Source of the DNA: Vicugna vicugna
Lineage: Eukaryota
Direction of reading: 5' to 3'
Length of the DNA stretch: 64,000 nt
Assembly: GCA_013265495.1 (NCBI GenBank)
Contig: MU058781.1
Span: 4,837,050-4,901,049 of the forward strand
How positions within the stretch are numbered: position 1 is the stretch's first letter; every line of letters starts with the position of its first letter. This document shows, piece by piece, positions 36,379 through 48,940 of the stretch. The translations under genes and the position numbers were made by a program. Below the pieces are notes generated by a model, which ran no database searches, had not been told where the DNA came from, and saw only the letters and a list, made by a program, of their open reading frames with translations.

Positions 36379-37954
36379 AGACATCATAAATGTGGTAAGG
36401 TCTTACGGAATAATCTTTGGTTTGTTTAGTAAACATTGATTATCTTAAAGTGTTTTTCAGAAGTAAGATTGTATTTTATTTTAAGGATCTCTTTGTCTAG
36501 GGGAGACAGATACACAAACTGATGAGGAAAGCAGTTATAAAGGATGAGTAGAAGTTACTCAGGCAAAAGGCTGGAGCATGAATGGTTAGATAAGCAGGGT
36601 CAGAAAGAATATTGCAAAGGACCAGGGCCTGGCGCCACGTGGGCACACATGTAGGCTTCCCTGTGTTTGTTGGTGTGTCCATTGGCTGGAGTGGAGGGTT
36701 ATTGCCGGTCTCGGAAGGAGATGAGCCTGGAGATGTAGGGCTCGTTCCTGCCTGGAATCAAGAATTAGTGAACCATGAAAGATTTTTAGGCTGGACTGGT
36801 GGTGAACTGTGAGTTGATGTACATCCTAAACTCTGCTGGGGGTAGTAGCTTTGGGGTCAGGGCCTCAACCTGAGTTCTCCTAATAGAGAAGAGACACAGG
36901 GGAAGGACTTTGTCATCTGGGGGAGAGAAATCTGGCAGCTTGGGACAGAGGGAGGATCCTGGAGTAGGAGTTATTTTAGGAGAGAATGTAATGAACTCAG
37001 AGACCCTTTCCATTTTGGTGGATCAACTATGATTTCTTGAAAGCACCGTAACAGGTAACTAGAACTTGCCCACCAGGGTCTTCCTGTAACTGCTCCCTAG
37101 TATAGCACCGTCTCGTCGCGTTATGCAGGTTGTAGGTGTGGCCAGAGGTGGCATTGCTAATGTTAATGAAGTTATTAGTAAGATTTCAAGAAATGCGAAG
37201 TATTTAGCATTTTAGGGCCATTTTAATTGGGGGGGAAATTGTTTTCAATTGAATAGCTTTTTTGGCTCTTAAATGAAGATTGTATGACCTAACTAAACTG
37301 ACGGACTGGAGGAAGCCAGAGACATTTGATGGATTTAATCATCTTCTCAGCACTAGGGGTAGGTGTACCTGCTTCTGGGTGTAACGGGAGTAGTGCTGGG
37401 ATTGCTGGAAGCCTTGGGTGTGCGGAGACTGCTGGATGATGAAGGGTTTAAGACATGCCAGTTTCATTGCTGGACAACTCCTGGCTGCCCAGGATTTTAT
37501 ATTTAAAAAACATTTTGTGTGTCACATAAACATACAAAAGAGGCTGCTTCTGCCAGACCTGTGGCTTTCTCCCCTTTTGAGAGGCCGGAGCTTAGTGTGG
37601 AAAGGTGTTTTTTCCCCCCAGTTTCCTTCATTTTCTGATCTTGCTCCTTTTCAGTCCACGAGGAGAAGTTTCCCTTTTGTCTTTTAAATAACTTACAAAA
37701 AGAAAGGCCTTTGTCAGTAACATTTTTATAAGTGGCTTTGCCAGGAACATTTTCATTAGTTTGGAGTGAATGCTATTCTTTATTTTCTTGGCATAAATTA
37801 CTGCAGTTGGTCGTTTGTAGTATATGTTCTAATAGTACGGTTTTTGGAGTCTCTGGAGAAGACAACACCAGCAGATCTTTATCAAGCAGGGATAACCTGA
37901 TATCCTCACATCTTGGAATGCCTGGTGACTTATTTTTTTCCCCTCACTTTGTGG

Positions 37955-38400
37955 TATGTTTTAAAAGTTTATTTTTAACTGGAGAGTTGCAAAATTAGTA
38001 TAAAGAATTTCTGTCATTTAAGATTTTGTCACATTTGGTTATGTTTTCTCTCTGTGTCTCTCCCACGCCACACACTTCTTATTCTGAACCATTTGGGAGT
38101 AAGTTGGAGACATAGTGATGCCCTTTTATCTCCAAATACTTAAGTATATATTTCCTAAAAATAAGAACGTTCTCTTACAAAACCACAGTAATCAGCGGGG
38201 AAGTTAACGTTGGGAGCCCCGCCTCCTGCGTCCCTGTAACACGTCCCCATCGCTCTGTAAGCACTTTCTTACTCTGACACAACCAGGTGTACCAGGCCCA
38301 TCTTGTATGTCCCAGCCCCTTACATATCTAGACTATTTTATGGTTTTCATGCTGTGAAAGTTTGTTTTTTTTTTTAATTCCATTTTCCATTGTGGTTTAA
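37955..38400 (-). mobile_element. L1MC-type 3' end
   Basis: gagttgcaaaattagtataaagaatt...tctgaaccatttgggagtaagttggagacat...aaatacttaagtatatatttcctaaaaataagaacgttctcttacaaaaccacagta. Confidence 0.75.
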
Positions 38401-39840
38401 CACTGCAGTATTCATAGCACCTCACGTGTGGCTTTTGTCCATATCATGGCTTTCCTGCTCACATCCTCCGACGGTCTCCATCCTTGAAGTGTCCACTCCC
38501 AATTTGCGTAATTAGTGTAGCAAGGCTCACAATTCCTAAGCTAAGTTAAAGGAAGGCATCTTCCTAGGTGTGGTTTCAACCTGATGTTTCTTTTCAGCTG
38601 TCATCCTCTGTTTATCTGCTTATGCTTTCATAAGTCACACCCTTTCCCAGACCCTCCTTCTGCACGCAGCACCCATGCCTCATCATGGATATTTGGCCCC
38701 CTACTCACCAGAGTTGGTAAATTCGCTTCACCCTTTTCCTTCCCTCTGGATCATGGCTTTGGCGGGTCCTAGCCATCTTTGAATCCTTTTTGGAGTCCTT
38801 TCCACATAACTCGAGTGGTAGCCCTACTAATCTGTAAGAATTGGCAGGAAAGTTGGAGAAAATCAAGTATTAGGATATTTAGTGAGCCCTGTGTTTTCTC
38901 TTTAAGGGTAACATGTGAATTTTTTCCTTTTGAAAGGAGCATATATGTAGTACAGGAAATTCAGAAAGTAGAGCAAGGACAGGACTGGGGAAACAATATT
39001 CTCGGCGCGCTCTTACTGCACGTAGTCCAGATCTGTGCACAGATAGATCTGACACGGTGAAACCACACTTACAATGTAAGACTGAAAAAGTGACTGCTAG
39101 GTTTGTTAGACAATTTGTAATGAAGTCATAGTTCTGTTAAGGGTCCTAAGAGTTCACTACTACAATGAGAACTTGAAATTTTACAAGTTTCTCTAGTTAT
39201 GTTTCATTAATAACTATTTGTATACTTGAAGCCTCCAAGGATAATTGCCTTTTTCCAGCTTCTCTAAGCGAACGTGTTTTTCCCTTACATACTCAGTATC
39301 GTTGACTTTTTCAGTGAACATTCATTCGTATATTACTTAGGAAAACACCCTCCTCCCCAAATAAAGACCTGAATTAAACCGCAAAATTAGTTAGACAGGA
39401 TTGTGTGGTGTATCCCAAATGTGTGTTGAGAAAAATGTGTTATGCTTTTTGAGGGGGGCAGCGGAAAGACGCTTCTGTGGTCAGATTTCTTAGAGAACCA
39501 CAGTGCACATGAACAAAGCTAAAGGAAAAAGAGCTGTTTAAAGCTGACATTTCTCAAACTTAGCTGGTCAGTGAACCCTGATTTTGAATAATATCCACGG
39601 ACCTAGGCTTCTCTGGAACCCTCTTTGGGAAAGGCCAAAGCAGTGTAAGGAGCATCGGCTATGTTCTGATTATGCCTCTGCTGCTACCAACAACTAGTCT
39701 GTAAAACGTGAAGCTGTCAGGAGGGTAACTCAGACTTCAGGTTTCTCTCCAGGTGTGTTTGACTCGGGAAGAAATGGCTTTGGTCTCTGGGTGGGGTCAG
39801 GAGGAAGAGGGTCCGTGGAGTGATAAATACTTTTCTTTGT

Positions 39841-39963
39841 GGCAGGAAGGGTATAGCTCAGTGGCCGAGTGAGTGCCTAGCCAAGTACAAGGTCCTGGGT
39901 TTGATCCCAAGTACCTCCATTAAACATAAGCAAGTAAATAAAAACCCAATTACCCACTCCCCC
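39841..39963 (+). mobile_element. Camelid tRNA-derived SINE (Vic-1-like) with TSD
   Basis: ggaagggtatagctcagtgg...ggtcctgggtttgatcccaagtacctcc...cccaattaccc. TSD aaatacttttctttg (39825-39839) and aaatactttctttg (39964-39977). Confidence 0.88.
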
Positions 39964-42900
39964 AAATACTTTCTTTGGGAAGGGGCTGGGGGCAGTGTTT
40001 GAGGGGACCAGAACATCTGTTGAGTCTCTGCTTTAACTCACTAAGCTTGCCATCAGCTCTCTGAAGCTGGCATTACCCCTTTTCTGTAGGAAGGAATTTG
40101 CACTTTGGAGAGGGGGTGGAGCTGGCATTCAGAGCTAGGTTGGCCTGCATTCTGCAGCAGCACTGGTTTCCTGCTCAGTTAGGCTGGGGAGGGAAACAGA
40201 AGTAAACCCACCTAGCTTTGCCAAACCCTTGGTTTTCGCCTCTGTTCCCTTTCTTTCCCGCCGCACCATCATTTGGGGGCCACGCAGATGGCCCTGCTGC
40301 AGTTTCCAGAGCAATCCTCACTTGGCCGGAAGTTACTGAGGCAACCTTTTGCCAGTTTCCTCACTTCAAAGGGGGTGGGCGTGGGCGTGGGCGGATGAGA
40401 TAAAACATTTTGTATTGAATCATATTTTCTGTTGGTCTGACTTGCCTGCCTTGAGGCTGATCACCAAGTCTCCTCTTGATGATGATCGCTTTTGCTGCCC
40501 TTCAGAGAACTGGAGTTCTGCCAGGATCTCAGGCCCTGTGGGCGTGGGCTTCCGAGTAACTGTCAGACTGCTTAACAAGTCTGTCCTCCCCCACCACTGC
40601 CCTGCCCCCCGACCTACAGTATCTGATGTCTCCCTGCACGGAACTCCAGATCTGCCTGAAGTGTGATTTCTAATTAGTCTGATATTTGTAAGAATCAGTC
40701 ACCAGGTCCAGACAGTGTTTGTTTATCCCTCTGTGTTTGGGGTTGGGGTAGTGTGGAGCAGTTTTGTGCAGACTGAAGTCTGTTGGAAAACTTCCCAGCA
40801 GTGAAGGTTGGATGTGTGTTTTTCCTAGTTCTTTGACTGCTCTACCTTTCATCTTGTAAGCATGTGAAAACCTCTGCTTGCAGACTAATAAATCGTCAAG
40901 GTCTGATCTGAAATACATTTTAAGGGAAGATGCATAAAATACATGTAGAACTTTTCCACCTTAAGGTTGTGCTGTGGGCAGTGAGGGAAGAGGGAGTGCC
41001 TGGGAGCAGGAGAGATCATCACTGCTGCGGGAGAAGTGACATTGAAGCATCTGGACTTGCAGCTGACCTCCTTCCCATCTTGGCTCCCGAGATGCTGGAC
41101 TTGTTCTGAGCTCATTGAGAGTAATAAGCTGCAGCCGTAATTCATGAGCTTGCAAGGCTTTCTTTAACCGCTTGCAGCCAGGAGAATAATGACAACATTT
41201 AAAATTACCGATCGCTCATTTTGGGCCCTTTCTGTTTCAAGTTATGAATGAAATTTATGAGCCAATTACTGGATGGTAGAGCTTGTTTGCAAAGACCAAG
41301 CGCACCCTGCTGCGGGCAGAGGGTGTGTGCGTGTGTGCACATGCGTATGAGAGGGAGAGGGAGAAGTGGAGAATGGAAGCAGGTAACCTCCCTGGTGTCT
41401 TCCCAAATCTTGCATTCTTAATTTGAAATAGTTTTTAAAGAAGAGTTAGGGTTACCCAGACTCTTATCAAGGGTACTAGTCAGTAAGTAACCCTTCAATG
41501 AGTGAATTTTGAAAGCCAGGAAGCAGAATATATTGGGGTGAGAAGATTCTGGTAAAAAGAACTAGGTATGATTCTCTGCATAGCCTCTGTACAAACTAAA
41601 GACTCAAAGGCAAACATTTAAAGCAGTGTGTAGGTAACTTGATTTTCAGTAACTGTTTCTGAAATGGCTGTAATTACTCAAATCCCAGGTCTTTAAAAAT
41701 TCCAAAGGAACAGTGGGGCCATCTAAGGAGGAAAGCTACAAAATGATAGGGTGCGACTTGAGTTAGCAAATTGGAACCTAAGCCCTTTTTGAACTTTAAA
41801 CTTTTTTCTCTGTTCAGAGACTGGTGAGAGTGTTAGCATAACTTTAACGCATTTAGAAGGGAGACCATATTAATCACAGGCATTTCACTTTCTGTCTTGG
41901 GTTCTAGACATTTTGGCTTGAAATCAGTCATCAGTGTGTTCCTTAGATATTTACAGAATCTTATTTGTATCTTCATTTCTTTCTAGCCCTTTCACCCAGG
42001 ATTTATCTGAGTGATGAGAATTGACATTTATTTATTGACCATGGAGGGTAGGTTACATTAATGGATGATTGCAATCCAGCTCCCATTGTGTGAGAGGATC
42101 ACATTAAATGGGGAATGTTGGCCAAATTTTATTTTATTTTATTTTTTTATAGGTTTAGCTCTGCAGCCTGTAAGTTCTTAAGAGTGATTTGTGTGAGATG
42201 ATTCTGTTTTCTTTCCCACCGTGGTTTGATAGGAAGGATGAATGCAGAACTGTAGCTGTCCTGTGTATTTGCAATGTAAGGAAATTACATGGATACTTGA
42301 ATATGCAATTCAGATCAGGAAATGAGGCTGCCCTCTTAGTGTGTTGATGGACACATTTTATTATTAGCCTGGGAAGGAAATGTCTGGTTTGGTGACTTAG
42401 GTGGTAATAAGGAGAGCTCCTGATTTTTCTGGAGTAGTAAAAATTTGATTAACATGGATTGTCAATGTTGGTGAGTTGTATGTCGTGTTTTTTTGAGTCA
42501 CTGGTAACTTAGGGAAAAGTATATCTCTAAAGGGGGGGAAATGGTTTACACTTCTCTGGACATAGGAAAGTAACAAATGCAAGACGTTCAGATCCTTCAT
42601 TTTAGAATTATTACAAATGTGTTATTTCAGAGTGTGTTCATCATGGCTTTAGTAAGCTAAAAAGCCAGTGCTGTAAGTTCTGTTCTTGCCTTAATAATAT
42701 TCTGGATGTTTGTGGATATGCTTTATACTGATTCAGGGTGGCCCCTGTACTCGGATTTCTTTACTCTTTTCTATATTTCCTTATTTTGCAAGCTTCATTC
42801 ATTGTATAGTGATCCACTTTTAGGAACTGGGAATTTCTTATAAAACTGAACGGGACTTTCTGCCCATTGCCCAGGATGGACAGTTTTAATGCAAAGAATA

Positions 42901-43849
42901 AGAGAACGTCATTTAATAATATACTTCTTGCGATCAGAGGATTTCTGGTGGTTAACTTTCAAAATAGGTGACAGTTATGAACTACAAAGACTTTTTCAAT
43001 AAATTTCCTCTTGTTCACGCTTGATGGCAGAATTAGAATAAAATGGTAATTCTAATTTGTAGTTTATAAACATAAGTTATAGGAATCGGTGCTGATTTTG
43101 ACAGCCTTGTAGCACTTGGTTCCTTCACGTCCCTGCCTCCACTTGCTTTCTGGTAGAAAGTGTGATCGTGTCTTCAGGCACACATAGGCCTTGCACAGGG
43201 CGGCACTTCTCAAACCTGCGCAGGAGTCACCATGGGATCTTGGATGCCTGTTGGGGTTCGGGGCCTGAGAGTATGTATTTCACGCAGGCTCCCCGAGGCT
43301 GTCCTGAGCAGTGATGTGTGGAATGGGACTGTGTCCGGGGCCCAGAGCTCCATTTGCAAGTCTAGCTGCTGCTGGACTTTGCTCTTAAGGATGTGTTTTA
43401 TCCTTAGGGCCTGATTTTTCTCAAATTCAGCTCTTTTGTTTGCTTTTAATTTCTTAGAAACGCTGTTTTTAAATTTTAATACTTGTCTCCCTCTTTGCCC
43501 AATCAAATAAGATCTGTTGGGAGAAGAGTTGCCCCTCTTTTGTTATTATTTACATGATTGTGATTAAAGTCTCTGGTATTGTTTTTAATATTGGCCTCAG
43601 CATCGTGCTTCCAAGAAAACCCCCAAACCCAGTCACCATTAAACTAGGAGAGCTCGTTGGACCAGGTGTTAGTTGAAGGGAATAAATAAACATTTCCAAG
43701 TTTGTTTGGACAGTACTCTTTCAGGTGCAGACTGTACTGTGTATTGTTAGTGTTAAATGCCTCAGTTCTAGTTCACCTGGGGTGAATCCTGGCTGTAGGT
43801 TTAGTGATATGTGATCTTGAACCCAGCACTGAACCCCCAGTGCATAATT

Positions 43850-44025
43850 TATGGTTCAGAGCACTGGGTTTAAATCCCAACTCTGCCACTTGTTCAAACT
43901 GTGTGATTTTTTTTTCAACTTGCTTCTTTTCTCTGGGCCTCAGTTTGTTCAACTGAGATGATCATAGTGTCTTCCCAGTTGGGTTGCAGTGGAGGTAATC
44001 AATGTCAAGTGCTTGTAAACATTCC
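43850..44025 (+). mobile_element. MIR SINE
   Basis: gggtttaaatcccaactctgccactt...tctctgggcctcagtttgttcaactg. Confidence 0.7.
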
Positions 44026-45134
44026 TAGAGGAAGCGCAGTGGGCAGTGGTCTCACTGGCCCTTGCCTCCCCGACTTAAGTTGTCCTGGCCCTTTTCTACT
44101 GTGTCTTCTTTTTCCTGCCTCCTGGAGTTGGTGGTAGAGGATGGACATGATTTACTGATCCTCATTATAATTTGGAGAGATAAACCTGCACTTTTTGGTA
44201 GTCTTCCAGAGGGTTGATCATTCATTTCATTATTCAGAGGAATAATTTAAAGCTGGAGAATTCTCAGTCTGCTGGCAGCCTTTCCCAGGCCTGCAAGTTG
44301 CAGACACTGGAAGAAGCTGGCTGGTGGGGGCAGCGGCGAGACCATCATCAAATGGCCCTTCACAGACTCCCATTTCTAGATGACAGATGCTTTACTTTTG
44401 ACCTTTGGCCCTAGCCTTTTTTCCCTCTAGCCCTTTAATCATCTCTTAAAAAAATCAATCAACAAATATTTATTGAATGTTTCCTCATAGGCCCTCAGGC
44501 TGCTTTGTGGATTTCTGCCCTGAACCCCACTCTTAGCCTGGACAGTATCCTACACAGTAGCCCTGGACAGTTCCTTTGGCATCTGTTTTCACAGATTATG
44601 GCCAGGAGCTGAGCCGGTCTGTGGTTTCCTGGCATCACCAGGTGTGTGCAGAGCCCATGCGGGCAGGGGAACAGCCCCTTCCCGGTTGTGGACCGGCATC
44701 CTTGCTACCGGGTGTCAGGGAGAGTGGGTGAGCAGCTCTTACACGGTGTTTCCTCCCCTCCATTAGCCCTTTCCTCTAGGCTGAAGGCCTTTTTAGGACC
44801 AGTTGGGCTGAAACAAGTTGTGGGGTCACTGCAGCCCCCCTCCCCCCCGGTGGGAGTGCACACAGGCCTGGGGTTTAGTTGCACAGGGTGTCTTGCCTGT
44901 AATTTCCAGTTGGAGAGTGAACCCAGAGCGGACGTGCTGCTGGCTTTTGGAAGTCCTTCTGTCTTTGGGATGTTAGCCATGGTGCTAGCATTGGTGTGAG
45001 GAGTGATTTTTAAAGCTGTTTTCTTAGGTTGGCTGGTCCTCGTGAGCACACCCCCTTATGTCATGTCACGCGAGGGGGTTTCCTCTGCTGAGAGCAGCTG
45101 ACATCTGGGCCCCCCCTGCAGGCCGCTGCCCCAA

Positions 45135-45163
45135 GGGCTGGGCTGGGCTGGGCTGGGCTGGGG
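45135..45163 (+). repeat. (GGGCT)5 pentanucleotide repeat
   Basis: gggctgggctgggctgggctgggctgggg. Confidence 0.9.
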
Positions 45164-47504
45164 ACAAGGCGCAGGCTGGTGATAATCACTCCACTTTGGA
45201 GACTTCGGAAAAGGCCCCACTGTGTGGAGTTGCTCCTGAACAGTTAGGTGCCTTTGGCCGTCATTTTCCCGTTTCACCACGCTCTGTTACATTTTCACCT
45301 TCGTCTTTTCCTACAACGTAGTTCAGCTTCGAGTTCATACTGGTTTCATTGTCTGGTGGTGTTTCCATCTGTGGGCGAGTTTAGGTTCAGGCTAGCTTCA
45401 CGGGTTCTGATGTGTGAGTGAGTAAAGCAGCTTATTTCCCCGTGGACCGTGACCTTGTAGTTGTGTAATAGACTAGAAGCAGATGTCCTTGTTGACTGAG
45501 AATAAACAGAGTTCACCGGGTCTTAAGGGTTCTTGGCCTTGGTTTCTTAAACTGATCTCTTTGGATTATTCCTTCAGTACCTAACATTCTGTTCGTAAGA
45601 GATGTACTTACCAGTTCAGATGAAGTCACAGAAACTGCTTGGAACTGAGTATGAATGTTTGCAGGGGATCTCACCATCTCTCTAGGGTACTGTGCTGTAC
45701 ATATTATACACACACACATACACACATCATTGTGAACATTTTTAAGTTAAGAATTTACTGGTATTCACTATTGTGTTGGCTACATTTTTTAAAATGCAGA
45801 GAAGAATTCAGTTTACTTTTTTGGAGGCCCACTTGTGGGACCAAATTGATCTCTTTTCTAAATGTCAGGTTTTTTTTTGAAGCTGTAGCAGCAGTTTCTC
45901 AAGGCCTATCGTGTTTTGAGTTTCTCCGGCAAGTAACTTCAGTTTTCATACTTTGAGATCACAAATGGCAGCTGCTTTAAGTGTTTTGCAGTCAGGTGGT
46001 TGTATTTGAGGGGAGAGCCATGTGACATGTCCTGCCAGCCTTTGGGAGTTGAGTACACCAACCCCAAGAGCAGTGGCCACAAAATCGCAGTGGTGATCCC
46101 CTGCCCACCTCCCCCCCGCCCCCGGCCCCCTCCCTCATTCACAGTGAAGCAGGAGTTGGTAGTATTTTACCTTAGGGATCATGCCATTTAGCTCAAATTC
46201 CAGGGAACTAAAAAGAGTGTTCTTCTTTAAGCTAATTTTTAGGTACTTTAAACTCTTTAGAGTTTTTGAAATTTCAGTTGAAGTACCAAGATCAAGAAAC
46301 AGTTTAATCGGCCCCTCCTTAGGAAAGCTGTCTTCATCCCAGGTTTGGTTTTGACGTGTAAGTAGGTCTGGGATGTGGAGGGCAGACAGCGTACAGTGTG
46401 GGGGCAAAGCCCAGGGGCAAGAGGGACACGTGGGGTGAAGAACAAATAGTGGGGAGACCGGCACCCACTTTCTCCTGAACACATCCTTCTGCTTTGAATT
46501 TAAATGTCTATTTCCTTCTGTTTTTAGCAGATTGTGGTTAACGTCTGTATTTAAACTCCAGAATTCCTTTGAGCTCTGCTTGAGTCAAGGGATTGTGGCT
46601 TCTGCAAAAGACCTGTATCTCACCCACCAGGGCACTGGGCCTGTCCGTTCTGGAATTTCATTGTGTTGCATTTGAGGTTGGAGGTTGCTGTGCAGTTTTT
46701 TACCTTTCTGTTAACGTACTGCCATGAATCAAGAACGCTTTTGTTTATAGGGGGCATTTTTGTATTTTTCTGTACTTGAGCTAGTTTCTCCCTTTGATTA
46801 TGTGATTTACTTTTAGACTTCGAACTAGTAACCGATGAGAAATATGTTCATTGTCCAGATTTCCTTAGGAGAGCAGAGCCTGGTTTCAGTTAATTTGCAG
46901 AGTTCATTACAGTACATAATTCATCAGGTCCAAGAAATCCAGACTCCCAGCCAGTGTAGCTTAAAACTTTGTTATAATTTTCTCTGAAACTAGTCAAGTG
47001 ACAGCTAAAGACAGCACTGGCTAACCTGTAGACCATGACTTGATTTTTCTCTTTCAGACCTGGGTTTCCATTCCAGTGTTTCCGCCACAGCGTGTTGGGG
47101 GACAGTGCTTCCTCCTCAAGTTTTTCCACGGTTTTTTTTTTTTTTTCCGGTCTTGGCACAGAATTTTTTTCCTCCCATAATGTTCTTGAGCAGTTTCCAG
47201 TCATTTTCCTTAATCTTTTCCCTCTTTTTTCATTATTATCTGACTGAGTTTTGTTTAATTTCTTTGTGTTGGTTTAGGAACCCAACCACCATTTGAAACA
47301 TCCTTTTTATGATGAAATGCATCCTGAGTTTTCAATGGCTAGTCAATAAATGATCTTTTGAGAAGGTGGGCTATTTGAAAGTCGGTTCTGCTTGTGTTTT
47401 TGTCACCTCCTCACCAGCCCTTCTGGCTTACTTGAAGTCCTGCATTATCCTCATGGGTTTCATCCCTCTTTAAGTACACGTGGAAATGACACTGATGGTG
47501 AAAA

Positions 47505-47660
47505 TAAGTGTCTGACGGTTAAATGGCACTTCCTGTGCTGGGCACTGGTCTAACCATTTCACGTATATTAACTCATTTAATTCTGTATCAGCATGGTGCC
47601 GTTAACCCCATAACAGAGATGTGGAAACAGAAGTCAGAGGGGCCAAACTCACAGCATTCT
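47505..47660 (-). mobile_element. MIR SINE
   Basis: gtgctgggcactggtctaacc...tatattaactcatttaattc...acagagatgtggaaacagaagtcagag. Confidence 0.7.
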
Positions 47661-48599
47661 GGCCCTGAGCCTTGTTCGTTGTCACCGAGGACTTGTTGCT
47701 GACACTCAGTTTGTCATTTCATTAATCCTTCTGCCAATCTTTCTGTTTCATAGAAATAGAAACACAACGTTGTTTTTCTCCTCCTTCGACTTTCCTGTTT
47801 TTTTTTTAAAGTATCTTTTAGAAACTTACTTCATTTACATATGAACGTTGGTAAAAATTGAGGAAGAGATAATCCTGTCCCCCCTGTGGTTAAATAGTGA
47901 CAGTTGATCTGTTGAATACCTTCCTTCTTTAAAAACCAGGGAGATTAGGCAATTACAACAAATGTTATCATTAGAGTCATTTACTCTTGCTGCATACATT
48001 ACCGTGAGGGTCTTAAGCGGTGAGGCTAAGCCCAGACCCTCCCTGCTTTGAAAAGATGTGAGGCCTGCACTGTAGAACAGCTCACTGTTCCGGCTGACCA
48101 GGACTCTTTTGCTTATTGGTGAAATTGGTTCTCTCGTGAGCAGTTTGCAGTCAGTATGCCTCGTGCTCTGGAAGCTGTTAGGCTAAGTTTCCTTACAGTT
48201 TTTCTCCAGTTTCGTTTGAAGAGAAGGAGCCCCCTGGAGGGTTGACACAGTGGTGGTTGAACACGAGTGACCTTTTTGGTTGAACTGACCTTCCTGTGGC
48301 CCAGTCTTCCCCTGTCAGGATTCCCACCTGCCTCCTCCTGAACACACGACAACTCACTGCGAGGTCGGAGTTGGCTCACTCTCTGGGAAGATTCCATTCT
48401 CCTTCCATCTCGTTCAGAGGTTCCAGTTGGGTCCTCAGAAGGAGCTCAGTGTGACTCCCGTCCAGCAGACTTGCTGTGCATCTTCTCTGGGCTGATGGAC
48501 AGCTCTGTGTTCCCTCATTATTCTGCTCGTGGAGATGATTTCCGTCTCCTTAAAAAATGATAACCTGTGTTTTAAGCTTTAGGTTTGTACTACATCTAG

Positions 48600-48940
48600 T
48601 GTAATATTTTGCATACCATTTGACTCAGCCTCTCTGCTTCTAGGAATTTATTTAGACTTGGCCACAGGGATGTGTATCAAGTGTATTTCACTGTGTATCA
48701 CAGTGAAAAATGGTAACCAATGGGGGATTGGTTAAATTAGTGAACATCTGTTCCATGCAATCATTAAAATGATATGGTAGCAAGAATATTTAATGACATA
48801 ATGTAGTAGGTGAAAAAAGCAAGTGAGAAAATAGTATGTGCAGTTTAATCTTTTGTTATAATAATTCAAATAAATAGTATATTTAGGAAAGGGAGATATA
48901 CCCCCACACCCAAAACCAACAGTATTCTGAGTGGTCAAAA
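48600..48940 (+). mobile_element. Old L1 (L1ME-type) fragment in sense orientation
   Basis: catttgactcagc...cttctaggaattta...gggggattggttaaat...gtgaaaaaagcaag...aaaatagtatgtgcagt. Confidence 0.55.
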
